A stretch of 64,000 nt of DNA from an uncultured Bdellovibrionales bacterium (GCA_964612055.1 CAZTBI010000001.1:292824-356823); one strand, 5' to 3'. Shown: positions 47,390 through 57,377, numbered from the stretch's first letter. Notes: generated by a model not told the origin, from the sequence alone. Numbers and translations are program-made.

Positions 47390-49105
47390 TTACTTCCCGT
47401 GTTTTTCTTCCAGGCGTTTCAAGACGCGGGTCACTTTCGACAGCGCTTCCTTTTCATAGGCCGCGTAGTCTGAGACGAGCGAAAGCTGTCCATTTTCCAA
47501 AAGATAGTTGGCCGAGAGCTCGACTCGTTCCAAAAATAACCGGTCGTGAGTGACGAGAAGAATGGTCCCAGGATAAATCGCCAGTGACTCCTCGAGCGCT
47601 TCAATAGCCTCCAGGTCAAGGTGATTGGTCGGTTCATCAAGCACCAAGACGTTGGCATGGAGCATCGAGAGGAGAGCAAGGATCAGACGGACGCGCTCAC
47701 CAGGACTGAGATACTTAATCTTGTCATCCAACACATCCGGTGAAAATTGAAACTCGGTGAGCATCAGTGACACCTGAAAGGCGTCAAAGTCCGGCAAGCG
47801 CTTCTTGAACAGTTCGCGTGGCGTTAACGCCTGAGAAATGTTTTCGTGCTCCTGCATGAGGTAGCCAAAAATTACCTTCTCACCACGAACCACCTCACCC
47901 CCAAGCGGTGTGAGCGCTCCAGTAATAGTTTGAAGGAGGGTCGACTTGCCCACACCGTTGTTCCCCAAAAAAGCAACACGGGTGCCAAGGGGAATTTCCA
48001 AATCTATCGGACCCCCCGAGAAAGATTTGGCCTCTTCAGATTTTTCCGGATAGCCAAAAACCAATTTTTTCAAAACAATGGTGCTCTCTTCATTCTTCTC
48101 GGTGGTAAGAACAATATCAAGTGGTGGGCGCTCCATTGGGCGCTCGACATCATCCAGTCGTTTCTCGCGACCCTGAAGCGCCGTAGCCGCGCTATCAAAT
48201 TTCCGGATAGCCCGTTCTTTTTTGAAATTAGCGGTGAGTTTATCGTGATCTGGCGTCTTCCGCTCTTTCACGCGCACCACCCATTCTTTTTTCTCGTCGA
48301 TTGATTCAAAGAGCCGCTCCCGCTCAGCTTCTTGCATCCGATACTGTTCCTTGTGCCGACGAAACGCATGTGCCTTCATCTCGGCGTATTCACTCCAACC
48401 ACCGGTATACATGACCGCTTCACGCTTGAACCAATCAATCTCGATCACCTTCTTCACCACGTGATCAAGAAAACGTCGATCATGGGAAGCGATAAGACAC
48501 GTCGCCTTGGAACGCTTCAGGTAATTTTCCAGCCACAAAAGCGCTGGGAGATCGAGGTTGTTCGTCGGTTCATCAAGAAACAAGATATCGACACCGCGAA
48601 GGAGTACGCCCGCCAATGCCGCTTTGCGTTTCTCACCACCAGAAAGTTCGGCGAGTGGTCGATTCAGTCCGACGTGCGAAAGAAACAGTCCTTCGAGGAT
48701 ACTTTTGGCCCGACGCTCGAAATCATAGCCGCCAAGACGCGTATAATCCGCCTGAACCAGTTCATACTGCGCGAGAGCCTCTTCTTCATCTAGTCGTGTC
48801 TCAAGTTGCTTCATCTCCACTTCCAATTCTTCCAATCCAGCCATGCGACGAAGATACTCAATCAGGGTCTCGTCCGGCAACGCACCAGTTTCCTGTGGTA
48901 AATATCCTACCAAACAACGATTCGGCACGATGCGCTCCCCTCTTTCAAAAGACTCCATACCAGCGGCAATCTTAAGCAAGGTCGATTTTCCGACACCATT
49001 CTGTCCCACGAGAGCCACTTTCTGGCCTTCCCCAATGGAAAAAGAGACCTTCTCGAGGACACGATGAATACCATAAATTTTCCGAACGTTTTTGAGCGTG
49101 AGCAT
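47390..49105 (-). CDS. ABC-F family ATPase (two ABC cassettes with inter-domain linker; EttA/Uup/ARE-like)
   Basis: Two Walker A motifs (GQNGVGKST, GNNGVGKST). Two LSGGE signatures. No TM domain. Confidence 0.9.
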   Translation of the reverse strand: MLTLKNVRKIYGIHRVLEKVSFSIGEGQKVALVGQNGVGKSTLLKIAAGMESFERGERIVPNRCLVGYLPQETGALPDETLIEYLRRMAGLEELEVEMKQLETRLDEEEALAQYELVQADYTRLGGYDFERRAKSILEGLFLSHVGLNRPLAELSGGEKRKAALAGVLLRGVDILFLDEPTNNLDLPALLWLENYLKRSKATCLIASHDRRFLDHVVKKVIEIDWFKREAVMYTGGWSEYAEMKAHAFRRHKEQYRMQEAERERLFESIDEKKEWVVRVKERKTPDHDKLTANFKKERAIRKFDSAATALQGREKRLDDVERPMERPPLDIVLTTEKNEESTIVLKKLVFGYPEKSEEAKSFSGGPIDLEIPLGTRVAFLGNNGVGKSTLLQTITGALTPLGGEVVRGEKVIFGYLMQEHENISQALTPRELFKKRLPDFDAFQVSLMLTEFQFSPDVLDDKIKYLSPGERVRLILALLSMLHANVLVLDEPTNHLDLEAIEALEESLAIYPGTILLVTHDRLFLERVELSANYLLENGQLSLVSDYAAYEKEALSKVTRVLKRLEEKHGK

Positions 49106-49299
49106 AAGGTATATAGAGTAACCCGTTTCCTAGAAAAAATCAAGTGCTTAGCTCCCTCTGCGTAGCTTTTCCATAGACTTGAGATTGTATTTTCTCTTGA
49201 CAAAGACGATTCTTTGGAGCTTAATTGGGAGTTAAAGATTCACGTCCGAAACCGCTCACTTCTGGCGCACAGAAGAGTCCTTTTCCAGAGGAGAAGAAC

Positions 49300-49812
49300 A
49301 TGGCCACAATTATCACGGCAAACCGACTGTTCAAGCCTGTCGTGACAGCTGAATTTGATTCCTGGGATCAACCTTGCGATTTCCTTGATTTCGCTGAGAG
49401 ACACAAGATCGGTGGTAGTGGGTCAGTATGGGAACGATTCGATCTCGAAGCGCTGTGGGTCGCTTCTCTTCCGCACCGGTCATACGTCGGTTGTGACGTA
49501 AGCCACTGGGGCGGCTCCAATCAAGAAATCGTGCAATGCTTCTACGGGTCTTACCTCATCGAACCCAAAAACATCGTTGGCTTCACCAGGGCACAGATGA
49601 ACGGCGAGCCCGGTCTCCTGACAACAAGCAGCAATCACGCCAGTGTGATGTACGCCCTGGACAGAAACGGACTCAAAGTCAGTATCCGTTTCCGCTGGAA
49701 CAACGGCCTTCGACGCTGGCTCTGGGAAGTGTCTGATTTCGACAAAGACTGCGGACACCTTCAGGGCACCAGAATCATCTTCCCTGGTACCATGGCCATC
49801 ATCGCCAGTTGA
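49300..49812 (+). CDS. Hypothetical protein (170 aa) with own RBS and terminator
   Basis: Start reassigned to ATG 49300 (GAGGAG-N6-ATG). Followed by terminator 49824-49869. No known motif. Cys/Trp-rich. Confidence 0.55.
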   Translation: MATIITANRLFKPVVTAEFDSWDQPCDFLDFAERHKIGGSGSVWERFDLEALWVASLPHRSYVGCDVSHWGGSNQEIVQCFYGSYLIEPKNIVGFTRAQMNGEPGLLTTSSNHASVMYALDRNGLKVSIRFRWNNGLRRWLWEVSDFDKDCGHLQGTRIIFPGTMAIIAS

Positions 49813-49823
49813 ACACGCCATCA

Positions 49824-49869
49824 CAAAAGCCGCACAGAACAACAATTCTCACGTGCGGCTTTTTCATTT
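49824..49869 (+). terminator. Rho-independent terminator
   Basis: AAAGCCGCAC...GTGCGGCTTT stem followed by TTTTT. Confidence 0.75.
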
Positions 49870-49888
49870 TCAAAAAAGAAGTTTCTCG

Positions 49889-50012
49889 AACCAAAAATTC
49901 TCTTGGGCGACTTGGGAGTGAACTTGCATGGTTTTTGCGTAAGCAAAAAAGTTTGCTCACACGTCAGTCAAAACTACGCTGGGGTTTTGACGGCACAAGA
50001 GAGTTGTTTGGT
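49889..50012 (+). repeat. Structured repeat family A, copy A1 (about 120-nt multi-hairpin element)
   Basis: Aligns end-to-end with 59205-59327. Shared termini AATTCTCTTGGGC ... CGCTGGGGTTTT-N-GGCACAAGAGAGTTG. The internal hairpins differ by compensatory changes. Confidence 0.7.
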
Positions 50013-50035
50013 GAGTGGAAATTCTTTAAGATTCA

Positions 50036-50542
50036 CTATAAACTTTTCAAGTATTCTTCTGTCTCTCGCAGTACCCGCTTGGCATTTGGAAACGTCAGAC
50101 GCTTCAGAGCAGGTTCATAGCGCTCCCAGGCAAACCCTTGGTGCTCATGCGAGAGCGTCACATTACTTTCTTTGGTTTCGGCCGGATAAAAATGTACTTG
50201 TTTGAAAATCCACAGACCATCTCCTTTTCGCAGACGCTTCTCGCGCTCTGTGCCCTTAGCAACATAGAAATAGCGCATACTCGAACGCTGCGGGAACACT
50301 CTCAAGTCTTTGATCCCTGATTCTTCCTCTGTTTCACGCCGTAGCGTCATTTCTTCGGTTTCGCCCGCCTCCACATGTCCTTTGGCAAAATCAAAGTGCC
50401 CGCTCGGATAATGAAGGAGCAGATACAGGCGCTTTCCTTCGACCGTACGAAAAAGAACCGACCCCACTGAGACCTCCCAGACCACCGGGCAGCCAAAAAC
50501 ACGCAACAGAAAGTAGAGCGGCTTCCAAACAGGTAATTTCAT
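50036..50542 (-). CDS. NUDIX hydrolase
   Basis: Nudix box GHVEAGETEEMTLRRETEEESGI (Gx5Ex7REUxEExGU). Confidence 0.8.
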   Translation of the reverse strand: MKLPVWKPLYFLLRVFGCPVVWEVSVGSVLFRTVEGKRLYLLLHYPSGHFDFAKGHVEAGETEEMTLRRETEEESGIKDLRVFPQRSSMRYFYVAKGTEREKRLRKGDGLWIFKQVHFYPAETKESNVTLSHEHQGFAWERYEPALKRLTFPNAKRVLRETEEYLKSL

Positions 50543-50611
50543 AGATTCATTGACAGAAGTGTTTCTTACTCCTACTGTAACATAATATAGAGAATTTCCT
50601 CAAAAATCCCC

Positions 50612-52669
50612 ATGACCATTGATTCTGTCAAAAAACCTCTCTTTTCCATCTTTTTAGAAATTCTCTTCGTTGGAACACTCATTGTAAGCGGTATCGCCAT
50701 CGGCTCTCTTGCTGTTTACTTCTTTGGCATCCCAAGCATCGAAAATATCCGCTCCTACCCCTGGAAACTCCCCACTCATATCTATGACCGAACTGGTACC
50801 GTAGAACTGTACCGCCTCTACGACGAGGAGAACCGCATCCTCCTTTCACACGACGCCATTCCGGACTCTTTGCGCCTTGCTACCATCGCTTCAGAAGACG
50901 TCCACTTCTACAGCCACAAAGGTGTCGATCCGGCCGCCATCTTCCGTGCCCTCGTTGCCAATCTTTCAAGTGGCGAGATCGAACAAGGAGCCTCAACTAT
51001 CACCCAGCAGCTCGCCCGCGCCCTCTTCCTCACAAACGAACGCACCCTCGGAAGAAAGATCCGCGAGGCCATGCTCGCTATCAAGATCGACCGCACCCTT
51101 TCGAAAGACGAGGTTCTCGATCTCTACTTAAACACCGTCCCCTACGGAGCCAACACCTACGGTGTCGAAGCGGCTTCCCAAATGTTTTTCCAGAAACATG
51201 CGAGCGAACTCTCGCTTGATGAAAGCGCCCTCCTCGCCGCCCTCCCCAATGCTCCGACCTATTTTTCTCCCTACAAAGATCATGTGCAGGAACTCAAAGA
51301 ACGCCAGAAAGGCATATTGAACAAAATGTATACTCAAAAGCTCATCCCGAGATCAGAGTTCAGAGAGGCACTGACTGTTGATACCTTAGTAGAAATCACG
51401 CCTCGTGAGGAACCGATCATCGCTCCACATTTTGTCTTCGCTGTCATTGATGAACTGAAGAAGAAATATTCCGAAGCAGAACTCCGTACCAATGGACTGA
51501 AAATTATCACTACGCTTGATCTCGATCTTCAAAAAACTGCCGAAGAGGTAGTGCGTGATGGCGCTGCCAAAAACTTGGCTCGTGGTGCCGAAAATGCTGC
51601 TCTCGTAGCACTCGATGCCAAGACCGGAGACGTCCTCGCTATGGTTGGCTCGCGTGACTATTTTGACCAGAGTATTGATGGCCAGGTAAATGTCACACTC
51701 GAAAAACGCCAGCCTGGATCTGCCTTCAAGCCCTTTGCCTACGCTACAGCCTTTGAAAAAGGCTATCAACCAGAAACACCTATTGACGACCACCAAATTA
51801 ATTTCGGTCCTGACGGTTCGGGCCATGACTATATTCCCCAAAACTATGACGGAAAATTCCACGGCCTCATGACGATGCGCCAGGCTCTCGCCATGTCACT
51901 CAATGTCCCCGCTGTCCAAACGCTCAGGCTCGCCGGCATCTCTGACACGATCGATCTCGCCACCAGTCTCGGCATCACAACTCTCACCGATCCAAAACGT
52001 TACGGCTTGTCGCTTGTTTTAGGCGGCGCAGAAGTGCGACCGATCGATATGGCCAACGCCTTTTCTGTTTTCGGACAAGAAGGCTACACTCATCCGACCA
52101 ATAGCATTGCCAAAATCATTGATCGTTCTGGTCAGGAAGTTGCTTTTCGTGAGCCAGTGGAGAAGAAAAAAGTACTCGATACAGAGGTGGCTCGAAAAAT
52201 TAATTCCATTCTTTCGGATAATGCCGCTCGCACTCCTATTTTTGGCCCTCGTAGTCCGCTCGCTTTTCCAGACGGAATAAAAGTAGCTGCCAAAACCGGT
52301 ACGACTCAAAATTTCCGCGACGCCTGGACGGTAGGCTACACCCCTTCCATTGCCGTCGCTGTCTGGGCTGGCAATAATGACAATCGCCCCATGGCCGCTG
52401 GAGCAGATGGTATCTTTGTCGCCGCTCCTCTCTGGCGCGCCTTCATGGATGCGGCCCTGGAACGTTTCCCCGAAACTGGCTTCGTTGCGTACAAGGAAGA
52501 GGCAACAAAAAAGGATATTCCTCTTCCCGTTGTACCAGGAAGAACTATCTACATCGACAAAAAAACTGGGCGCGAGATCCCAGAGAGCCAGGCCAAGAAA
52601 CTGAAAAAAAGTCGCGTCGAGAAATACATTGTCGAAGCCGAACCAATCAAAGAAGAAGGATCCTTCTAA
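50612..52669 (+). CDS. Class A penicillin-binding protein (PBP1A; GT51 transglycosylase + transpeptidase)
   Basis: GT51 motifs EDVHFYSHKGVD and GASTITQQLAR. Transpeptidase SAFKPF, SLN, KTGT. N-terminal TM. Confidence 0.9.
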   Translation: MTIDSVKKPLFSIFLEILFVGTLIVSGIAIGSLAVYFFGIPSIENIRSYPWKLPTHIYDRTGTVELYRLYDEENRILLSHDAIPDSLRLATIASEDVHFYSHKGVDPAAIFRALVANLSSGEIEQGASTITQQLARALFLTNERTLGRKIREAMLAIKIDRTLSKDEVLDLYLNTVPYGANTYGVEAASQMFFQKHASELSLDESALLAALPNAPTYFSPYKDHVQELKERQKGILNKMYTQKLIPRSEFREALTVDTLVEITPREEPIIAPHFVFAVIDELKKKYSEAELRTNGLKIITTLDLDLQKTAEEVVRDGAAKNLARGAENAALVALDAKTGDVLAMVGSRDYFDQSIDGQVNVTLEKRQPGSAFKPFAYATAFEKGYQPETPIDDHQINFGPDGSGHDYIPQNYDGKFHGLMTMRQALAMSLNVPAVQTLRLAGISDTIDLATSLGITTLTDPKRYGLSLVLGGAEVRPIDMANAFSVFGQEGYTHPTNSIAKIIDRSGQEVAFREPVEKKKVLDTEVARKINSILSDNAARTPIFGPRSPLAFPDGIKVAAKTGTTQNFRDAWTVGYTPSIAVAVWAGNNDNRPMAAGADGIFVAAPLWRAFMDAALERFPETGFVAYKEEATKKDIPLPVVPGRTIYIDKKTGREIPESQAKKLKKSRVEKYIVEAEPIKEEGSF

Positions 52670-53922
52670 TCTTTCCGCAGCGCTTCCATAGGAGTGAGTG
52701 AGGCGGCGCGGTAGGCTGGAGCCAAACCAAAGATGATGCCGACCGCTGTCGAAAATCCCACCCCAAGAAGAAATGACTGGAGGGAAAAAGAAAGCGGAAG
52801 CGGAAAGCCGAATGAAGCAAAAAGATAGCCGAGCGCCACCGTGAGCAACATCCCGAGAAGAATACCAATCAGTCCGCCAAGAAGCGTGATGATGAGCGCT
52901 TCAAAGAGGAACTGTTGCAAAATACTGCGCGACGTTGCGCCGACAGCCTTACGCAAACCGATTTCAGACGTGCGCTCAGAAACAGAGACGTACATGACAT
53001 TCATAATACCAACACCGCCGACCACGAGCGAGATAGAGGTCAGCGCCAAGAGCAAGATAGAAAGCGAACCCAAGATATCACTGAACGTCGCTTGAGCCTC
53101 TTTCGTAGAAGTCACCGAAAAATCATCTTTGTCAGGGTTATCGATATCGTGCCGCTTCCGGAGCAAGGCTACGATATCCGCCACGGTTTCTGCTTCCCGG
53201 CTCGGTTCATCCATCTTTACTGAAACAAACTGCACATAATCGACGCCGAGGAGTTTCTTCTGGAGCGTTTGCACCGGAACGTACGTAAAAGTATCAAAAT
53301 TGAGAAATGCGACCGCGCCACGTGATGCGAGCACTCCAATGACTCGGTACTTCTCACCCTTCAAGGTGATGTACTGCCCCACCGCATCACCGCCACCGAA
53401 AAACGTCTCTTTGGTGTCACTCCCAAGTACTGCAACCTGAGCAAGACTGTCATCCTCTTCTTCAGTAAAAAAACGTCCGCTTTCGAGCTTCAAGTTTCCA
53501 TCAACCAGCGCTACGTCCGCTCCTGTGCCGAAAAGCGAGATACGTTTCCCGATTGATCCGTAGGTGGCGCGCTCCTGACCGATCGTCCCCGCATAGACCG
53601 CAGACACATTCCCAAGTTTTTTTATCGCTTCACCATCCTTGACTGTCAGTGTCGTAATCTGTGTTCCTTGGGCCCGAGACGTTGAATTTTCACTCGACAT
53701 GGCCGTGGTATTCGGAATTTTTACCTCGACCTGAATAAGGTCCGAACCGAAGCTTTCGACCTGACCCAGTATGAAGCCTTTCACTCCTTCACCCAGGCTT
53801 GTCACCACCACCACCGCAAAAACACCGATAACGACACCGAGCAATGCCAAAGCAGTCCGCGCCCTATGAGTGCGGATCGTTTTTATGGCGAAGAAAAGTG
53901 GAATGAAAAGTTTTTTACCCAT
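52666..53922 (-). CDS. ABC transporter permease, FtsX/MacB-like (4 TM with large extracytoplasmic domain)
   Basis: 418 aa. FtsX-type C-terminal TM bundle and MacB_PCD-like periplasmic domain. Confidence 0.85.
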   Translation of the reverse strand: MGKKLFIPLFFAIKTIRTHRARTALALLGVVIGVFAVVVVTSLGEGVKGFILGQVESFGSDLIQVEVKIPNTTAMSSENSTSRAQGTQITTLTVKDGEAIKKLGNVSAVYAGTIGQERATYGSIGKRISLFGTGADVALVDGNLKLESGRFFTEEEDDSLAQVAVLGSDTKETFFGGGDAVGQYITLKGEKYRVIGVLASRGAVAFLNFDTFTYVPVQTLQKKLLGVDYVQFVSVKMDEPSREAETVADIVALLRKRHDIDNPDKDDFSVTSTKEAQATFSDILGSLSILLLALTSISLVVGGVGIMNVMYVSVSERTSEIGLRKAVGATSRSILQQFLFEALIITLLGGLIGILLGMLLTVALGYLFASFGFPLPLSFSLQSFLLGVGFSTAVGIIFGLAPAYRAASLTPMEALRKD

Positions 53923-53925
53923 ATT

Positions 53926-55167
53926 TTACTCGTAACGAAGAGCTTCCATAGGACTGACTCGTGAGGCCTTGAAAGCAGGATACAAACCAAACGTGATACC
54001 AATAGCAAGAGAAACTGTAAAACCAATAATGACCGAGGAAAGCGGCACCAAGAACTGCCATTCATAGCCCAGTCGCGGAATGATGAGTGCTGCTATGTAA
54101 GCAATAAAAATACCAAAGAGAATACCAATACATCCACCGATAAGCGTCACGCAGGAAGATTCGATCAGAAACTGAGTCATGATATGGACCGGTCGTGCGC
54201 CCACCGCTTTGCGCAAACCGATCTCACGGATCCGTTGAGATACGGAAATAAGCATGGAATTCATGATACCGATACCGCCAACCAAAAGTGAGATCGAGGC
54301 GATGGCGATGAGAAAGTACTTGAGCACATCAGTGATACTGGTCAAAATCCCCAGTGCTGCCTTGGTGCTTCGTACCGAAAAATCAGATTCTTCATCTTCA
54401 TCCAAATCATGACGCTTACGAAGCAGCTCCGTCATATCAGCCATCGTCCGTTCAATATTCTCCGGAGCATCGACTTTGCCACGCGCAAAGTTAAGGTAGT
54501 TGATACCCAAGAGAATCTTTTGCGCTGTTTCCAGCGGCACGAAGATAAGAGCGTCTGGATTAGAAAAAGCTGCCGAACCACGCTCTTCCAGTACCCCGAT
54601 AACCTTGAAAGGATTTTTCTTGATTGTGACGACTTCTCCGATGGGATCACGATCCGGAAAAAGATCTGCGGCACGCGTCGCTCCGAGCACGACGACACGA
54701 GAGAGATCATTTTCTTCTTCAGCAAAAAAGAAGCGCCCTGATGCGACTGCGATATTTTCCACTTCGATCATATCCGGAGAAACCCCCTGGAAACTCGCTT
54801 CAAACGATTCGGTCGGTGATTCGACTGTGGCGGAACCACTGACATAGCCAGAAATCGCTGAAAGATGCGGAACATTACGCCTCTCACGGAGCGCCTTCAG
54901 GTCATCGTTCTTGAACGTGGTCGTGATAATCCCGAGCGCCGAGGCCGGCGGCCCCTCTTCTTCAGAGGCCCCCGGAAGAACTGCTATCAGATTCGATCCG
55001 ACATTCTCCACTTGGGACAAGACCAGTTTCTGAGCACTGGCTCCGATAGCCATGACCATAATCACCGCCGCCACCCCAATCACTACACCGAGCACTGTCA
55101 ACAAAAATCGCAGTTTCGAACTCGCGAGTGACCGATAGGTTATTTTGATCGGATCTGAGAACTTCAT
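53926..55167 (-). CDS. ABC transporter permease, FtsX/MacB-like (paralogue)
   Basis: 413 aa. Same architecture as the adjacent permease. Confidence 0.85.
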   Translation of the reverse strand: MKFSDPIKITYRSLASSKLRFLLTVLGVVIGVAAVIMVMAIGASAQKLVLSQVENVGSNLIAVLPGASEEEGPPASALGIITTTFKNDDLKALRERRNVPHLSAISGYVSGSATVESPTESFEASFQGVSPDMIEVENIAVASGRFFFAEEENDLSRVVVLGATRAADLFPDRDPIGEVVTIKKNPFKVIGVLEERGSAAFSNPDALIFVPLETAQKILLGINYLNFARGKVDAPENIERTMADMTELLRKRHDLDEDEESDFSVRSTKAALGILTSITDVLKYFLIAIASISLLVGGIGIMNSMLISVSQRIREIGLRKAVGARPVHIMTQFLIESSCVTLIGGCIGILFGIFIAYIAALIIPRLGYEWQFLVPLSSVIIGFTVSLAIGITFGLYPAFKASRVSPMEALRYE

Positions 55168-55205
55168 AATTCTTGCGGTACCTGATACTCCAACAAAAAG
55201 CTCGT

Positions 55206-55928
55206 TTATTTCAAAAGTTCTGTCTCGGCAGTGGCAAAACGGCGCTCTCGGACTGATTCATCAGCCACGATTTGACCGTCTACCATACGAAGGATGCGCT
55301 TGGCATGTTCGGCCGTCGAAGTTTCGTGAGTCACAAGCACGATAGTTTTTCCAGCCTCATTTAACTGTTGCAGTATCGCCATCACCTGCAGCCCTGACTT
55401 GGAGTCGAGGTTGCCAGTCGGCTCATCGGCAAAGATAATTTCTGGGTTATTCACCAGGGCGCGCGCGATAGCGACGCGCTGTTTCTCTCCTCCCGAAAGC
55501 TGGTTGGAAAGATATTTCTCTCGGTGGAGCAATCCGACCGCCTCCAATGCCGCCTTCACCCGCTTCTCATTGGATTCCGTCACGATATCGTCATAGAGTA
55601 GCGGCAGCTCCACATTCTCAAAGACACTGGTCTTTGGAAGGAGGTTAAAAGCTTGAAACACAAACCCGATCTTCTTATTGCGAAGCTTGGCAAGTTCATC
55701 ATCCGTAAAACCAGTCACGTCTTTCCCATCGAGTTCATAGGCTCCGCCACTCGCACGATCGAGGAGTCCAAGCACTTGCATGAGCGTCGATTTCCCAGAA
55801 CCAGAGGGTCCCATGATGGCGAGAAATTCCCCCTTCTCAATAACAAAACTCGCACTAGACAGAGCGCGCGTCGCTACGCCTTCATTTTCATAGACCTTCT
55901 CAAGATTGTGGACAGAAATCAGGCTCAT
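55206..55928 (-). CDS. ABC transporter ATP-binding protein (MacB/LolD-type)
   Basis: Walker [10 protein letters not shown], signature LSGGEKQR, Walker [13 protein letters not shown]. Confidence 0.9.
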   Translation of the reverse strand: MSLISVHNLEKVYENEGVATRALSSASFVIEKGEFLAIMGPSGSGKSTLMQVLGLLDRASGGAYELDGKDVTGFTDDELAKLRNKKIGFVFQAFNLLPKTSVFENVELPLLYDDIVTESNEKRVKAALEAVGLLHREKYLSNQLSGGEKQRVAIARALVNNPEIIFADEPTGNLDSKSGLQVMAILQQLNEAGKTIVLVTHETSTAEHAKRILRMVDGQIVADESVRERRFATAETELLK

Positions 55929-56923
55929 TTCTTTTGTGTCGCCCCAATAGTCACCTCGTCACCTTCTTTCAGTCCTGACTTCACTTCTACCGTTCCTTCA
56001 TCGCCCTCGAGACCAGTAGTCACTTCCACTCTTTCGAAGCTTTCAGGACCACGCTTCACCTCTGCGTATGTTTTGATTCCTTCTTTCGCCAAAGCACGAT
56101 ACGGTACCCAGAGAACACCAGTACGCTTGGCCGTCTCGACATCAATATTGCCCGTCATGCCCTCTTTCAGACGCTCATCAGCCTTACTGAGACGAAACTT
56201 CACTTTGTACGAAACCACGTCCTGTACTACCGTTGCGGCTGGATCGATACTCACTACTTCCCCTTCGAAGATATCATCGTTGGTAAGCGAGTCGAAAGTC
56301 ACTTTCGCCTTCATACCGAGCATCACCTTGGCGATATCTGATTCCGGAACCCGTGATTCAAGCAGATAGCTACCTGGCTTGATCACACGAGCAATGACCT
56401 CACCCAACGTCACCACCTCACCCACGCGAGCATCAAATTTCGAAATCTGCCCAGCCATCGGCGAATGCATCACGCTTTCTTTCATTTGCGCCTCAAGTGT
56501 TCGAGCTTTCTCACGAGCCTGTTCGGAAGCGATTTTCTTTGCTCGACGTTCTTCTGGATCATAGTCATTCTTGTTCCGGAGATACAACTGCTCATTTTGC
56601 ACCGCGATATCAGCCGCCAAACGAGCATCTTTCAACTGAGAGAAAAGCACCTCTCGATCAAGTGAGGCAATTGTTTGCCCTTGCGTGACCATGTCACCGA
56701 TGTGCGCCATGACAGCATCAATCGTTCCAGCGCCAGGAAAGGAAAGGTCGGCATACTCTTCTGGTACGAGCTCACCAGTCACACTCACCGTTTCCGCTAC
56801 ATCGCCACGCTTCACCACCTCGGTCTGCACTACTTCCCCGGTCGAACGATGGCTGAAGTAATAGTACCCGCCTCCGATCAGAAGGAGGCCGATAATAACG
56901 ATAATGATCTTTTTCTTACTCAT
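55925..56923 (-). CDS. HlyD/MacA-family periplasmic adaptor (membrane fusion protein)
   Basis: Start moved to ATG 56923 (MSKKKIIIVIIGLLLIGGGYYY), 5 nt after the rnhA stop. Coiled-coil and beta-barrel/lipoyl-like segments. ATGA overlap with the ATPase gene. Confidence 0.8.
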   Translation of the reverse strand: MSKKKIIIVIIGLLLIGGGYYYFSHRSTGEVVQTEVVKRGDVAETVSVTGELVPEEYADLSFPGAGTIDAVMAHIGDMVTQGQTIASLDREVLFSQLKDARLAADIAVQNEQLYLRNKNDYDPEERRAKKIASEQAREKARTLEAQMKESVMHSPMAGQISKFDARVGEVVTLGEVIARVIKPGSYLLESRVPESDIAKVMLGMKAKVTFDSLTNDDIFEGEVVSIDPAATVVQDVVSYKVKFRLSKADERLKEGMTGNIDVETAKRTGVLWVPYRALAKEGIKTYAEVKRGPESFERVEVTTGLEGDEGTVEVKSGLKEGDEVTIGATQKK

Positions 56924-56927
56924 ATTT

Positions 56928-57356
56928 TTACAAGAGTGATTTCTGTTTTGTAGCCTGGTCCATAGCCTTATTAGCCTCGGCATCAGCCACGGTGTTAAAT
57001 TCACGGCGCACATGGACAAACTGTACTTCAGCGAAATCAAGCGTCAGATTCCAGACCTGAAAAAAGAGCGGCTGGAGCTTTTCGTTTTCGATCTTATAAA
57101 TGTGATTGAGCTGCCGACAAGCCAATTCTGAATCCATCCGACATTCTACCCTCGTTTTCTTGGCTTTTTCTTTCCCAACGAGCGCCTTGATTTTTTTCAG
57201 TCCCGCGACGATAGCTGCGTACTCAGCCTCATTGTTCGTCTTGATACCAAGAAATTCTCCAAACGCCTTATCAAGCGTCTCGATATAGACACCCAAAGCT
57301 GCTGGTCCCGGATTGCCCCGCGACCCCCCATCGCTATACATAATAATTTTCTCCAT
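56928..57356 (-). CDS. rnhA: Ribonuclease HI
   Basis: SDGGSRGNPGPAA motif and DEDD catalytic residues. 142 aa. Confidence 0.85.
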   Translation of the reverse strand: MEKIIMYSDGGSRGNPGPAALGVYIETLDKAFGEFLGIKTNNEAEYAAIVAGLKKIKALVGKEKAKKTRVECRMDSELACRQLNHIYKIENEKLQPLFFQVWNLTLDFAEVQFVHVRREFNTVADAEANKAMDQATKQKSLL

Positions 57357-57377
57357 ACATTCATTATATCAGAAAAA

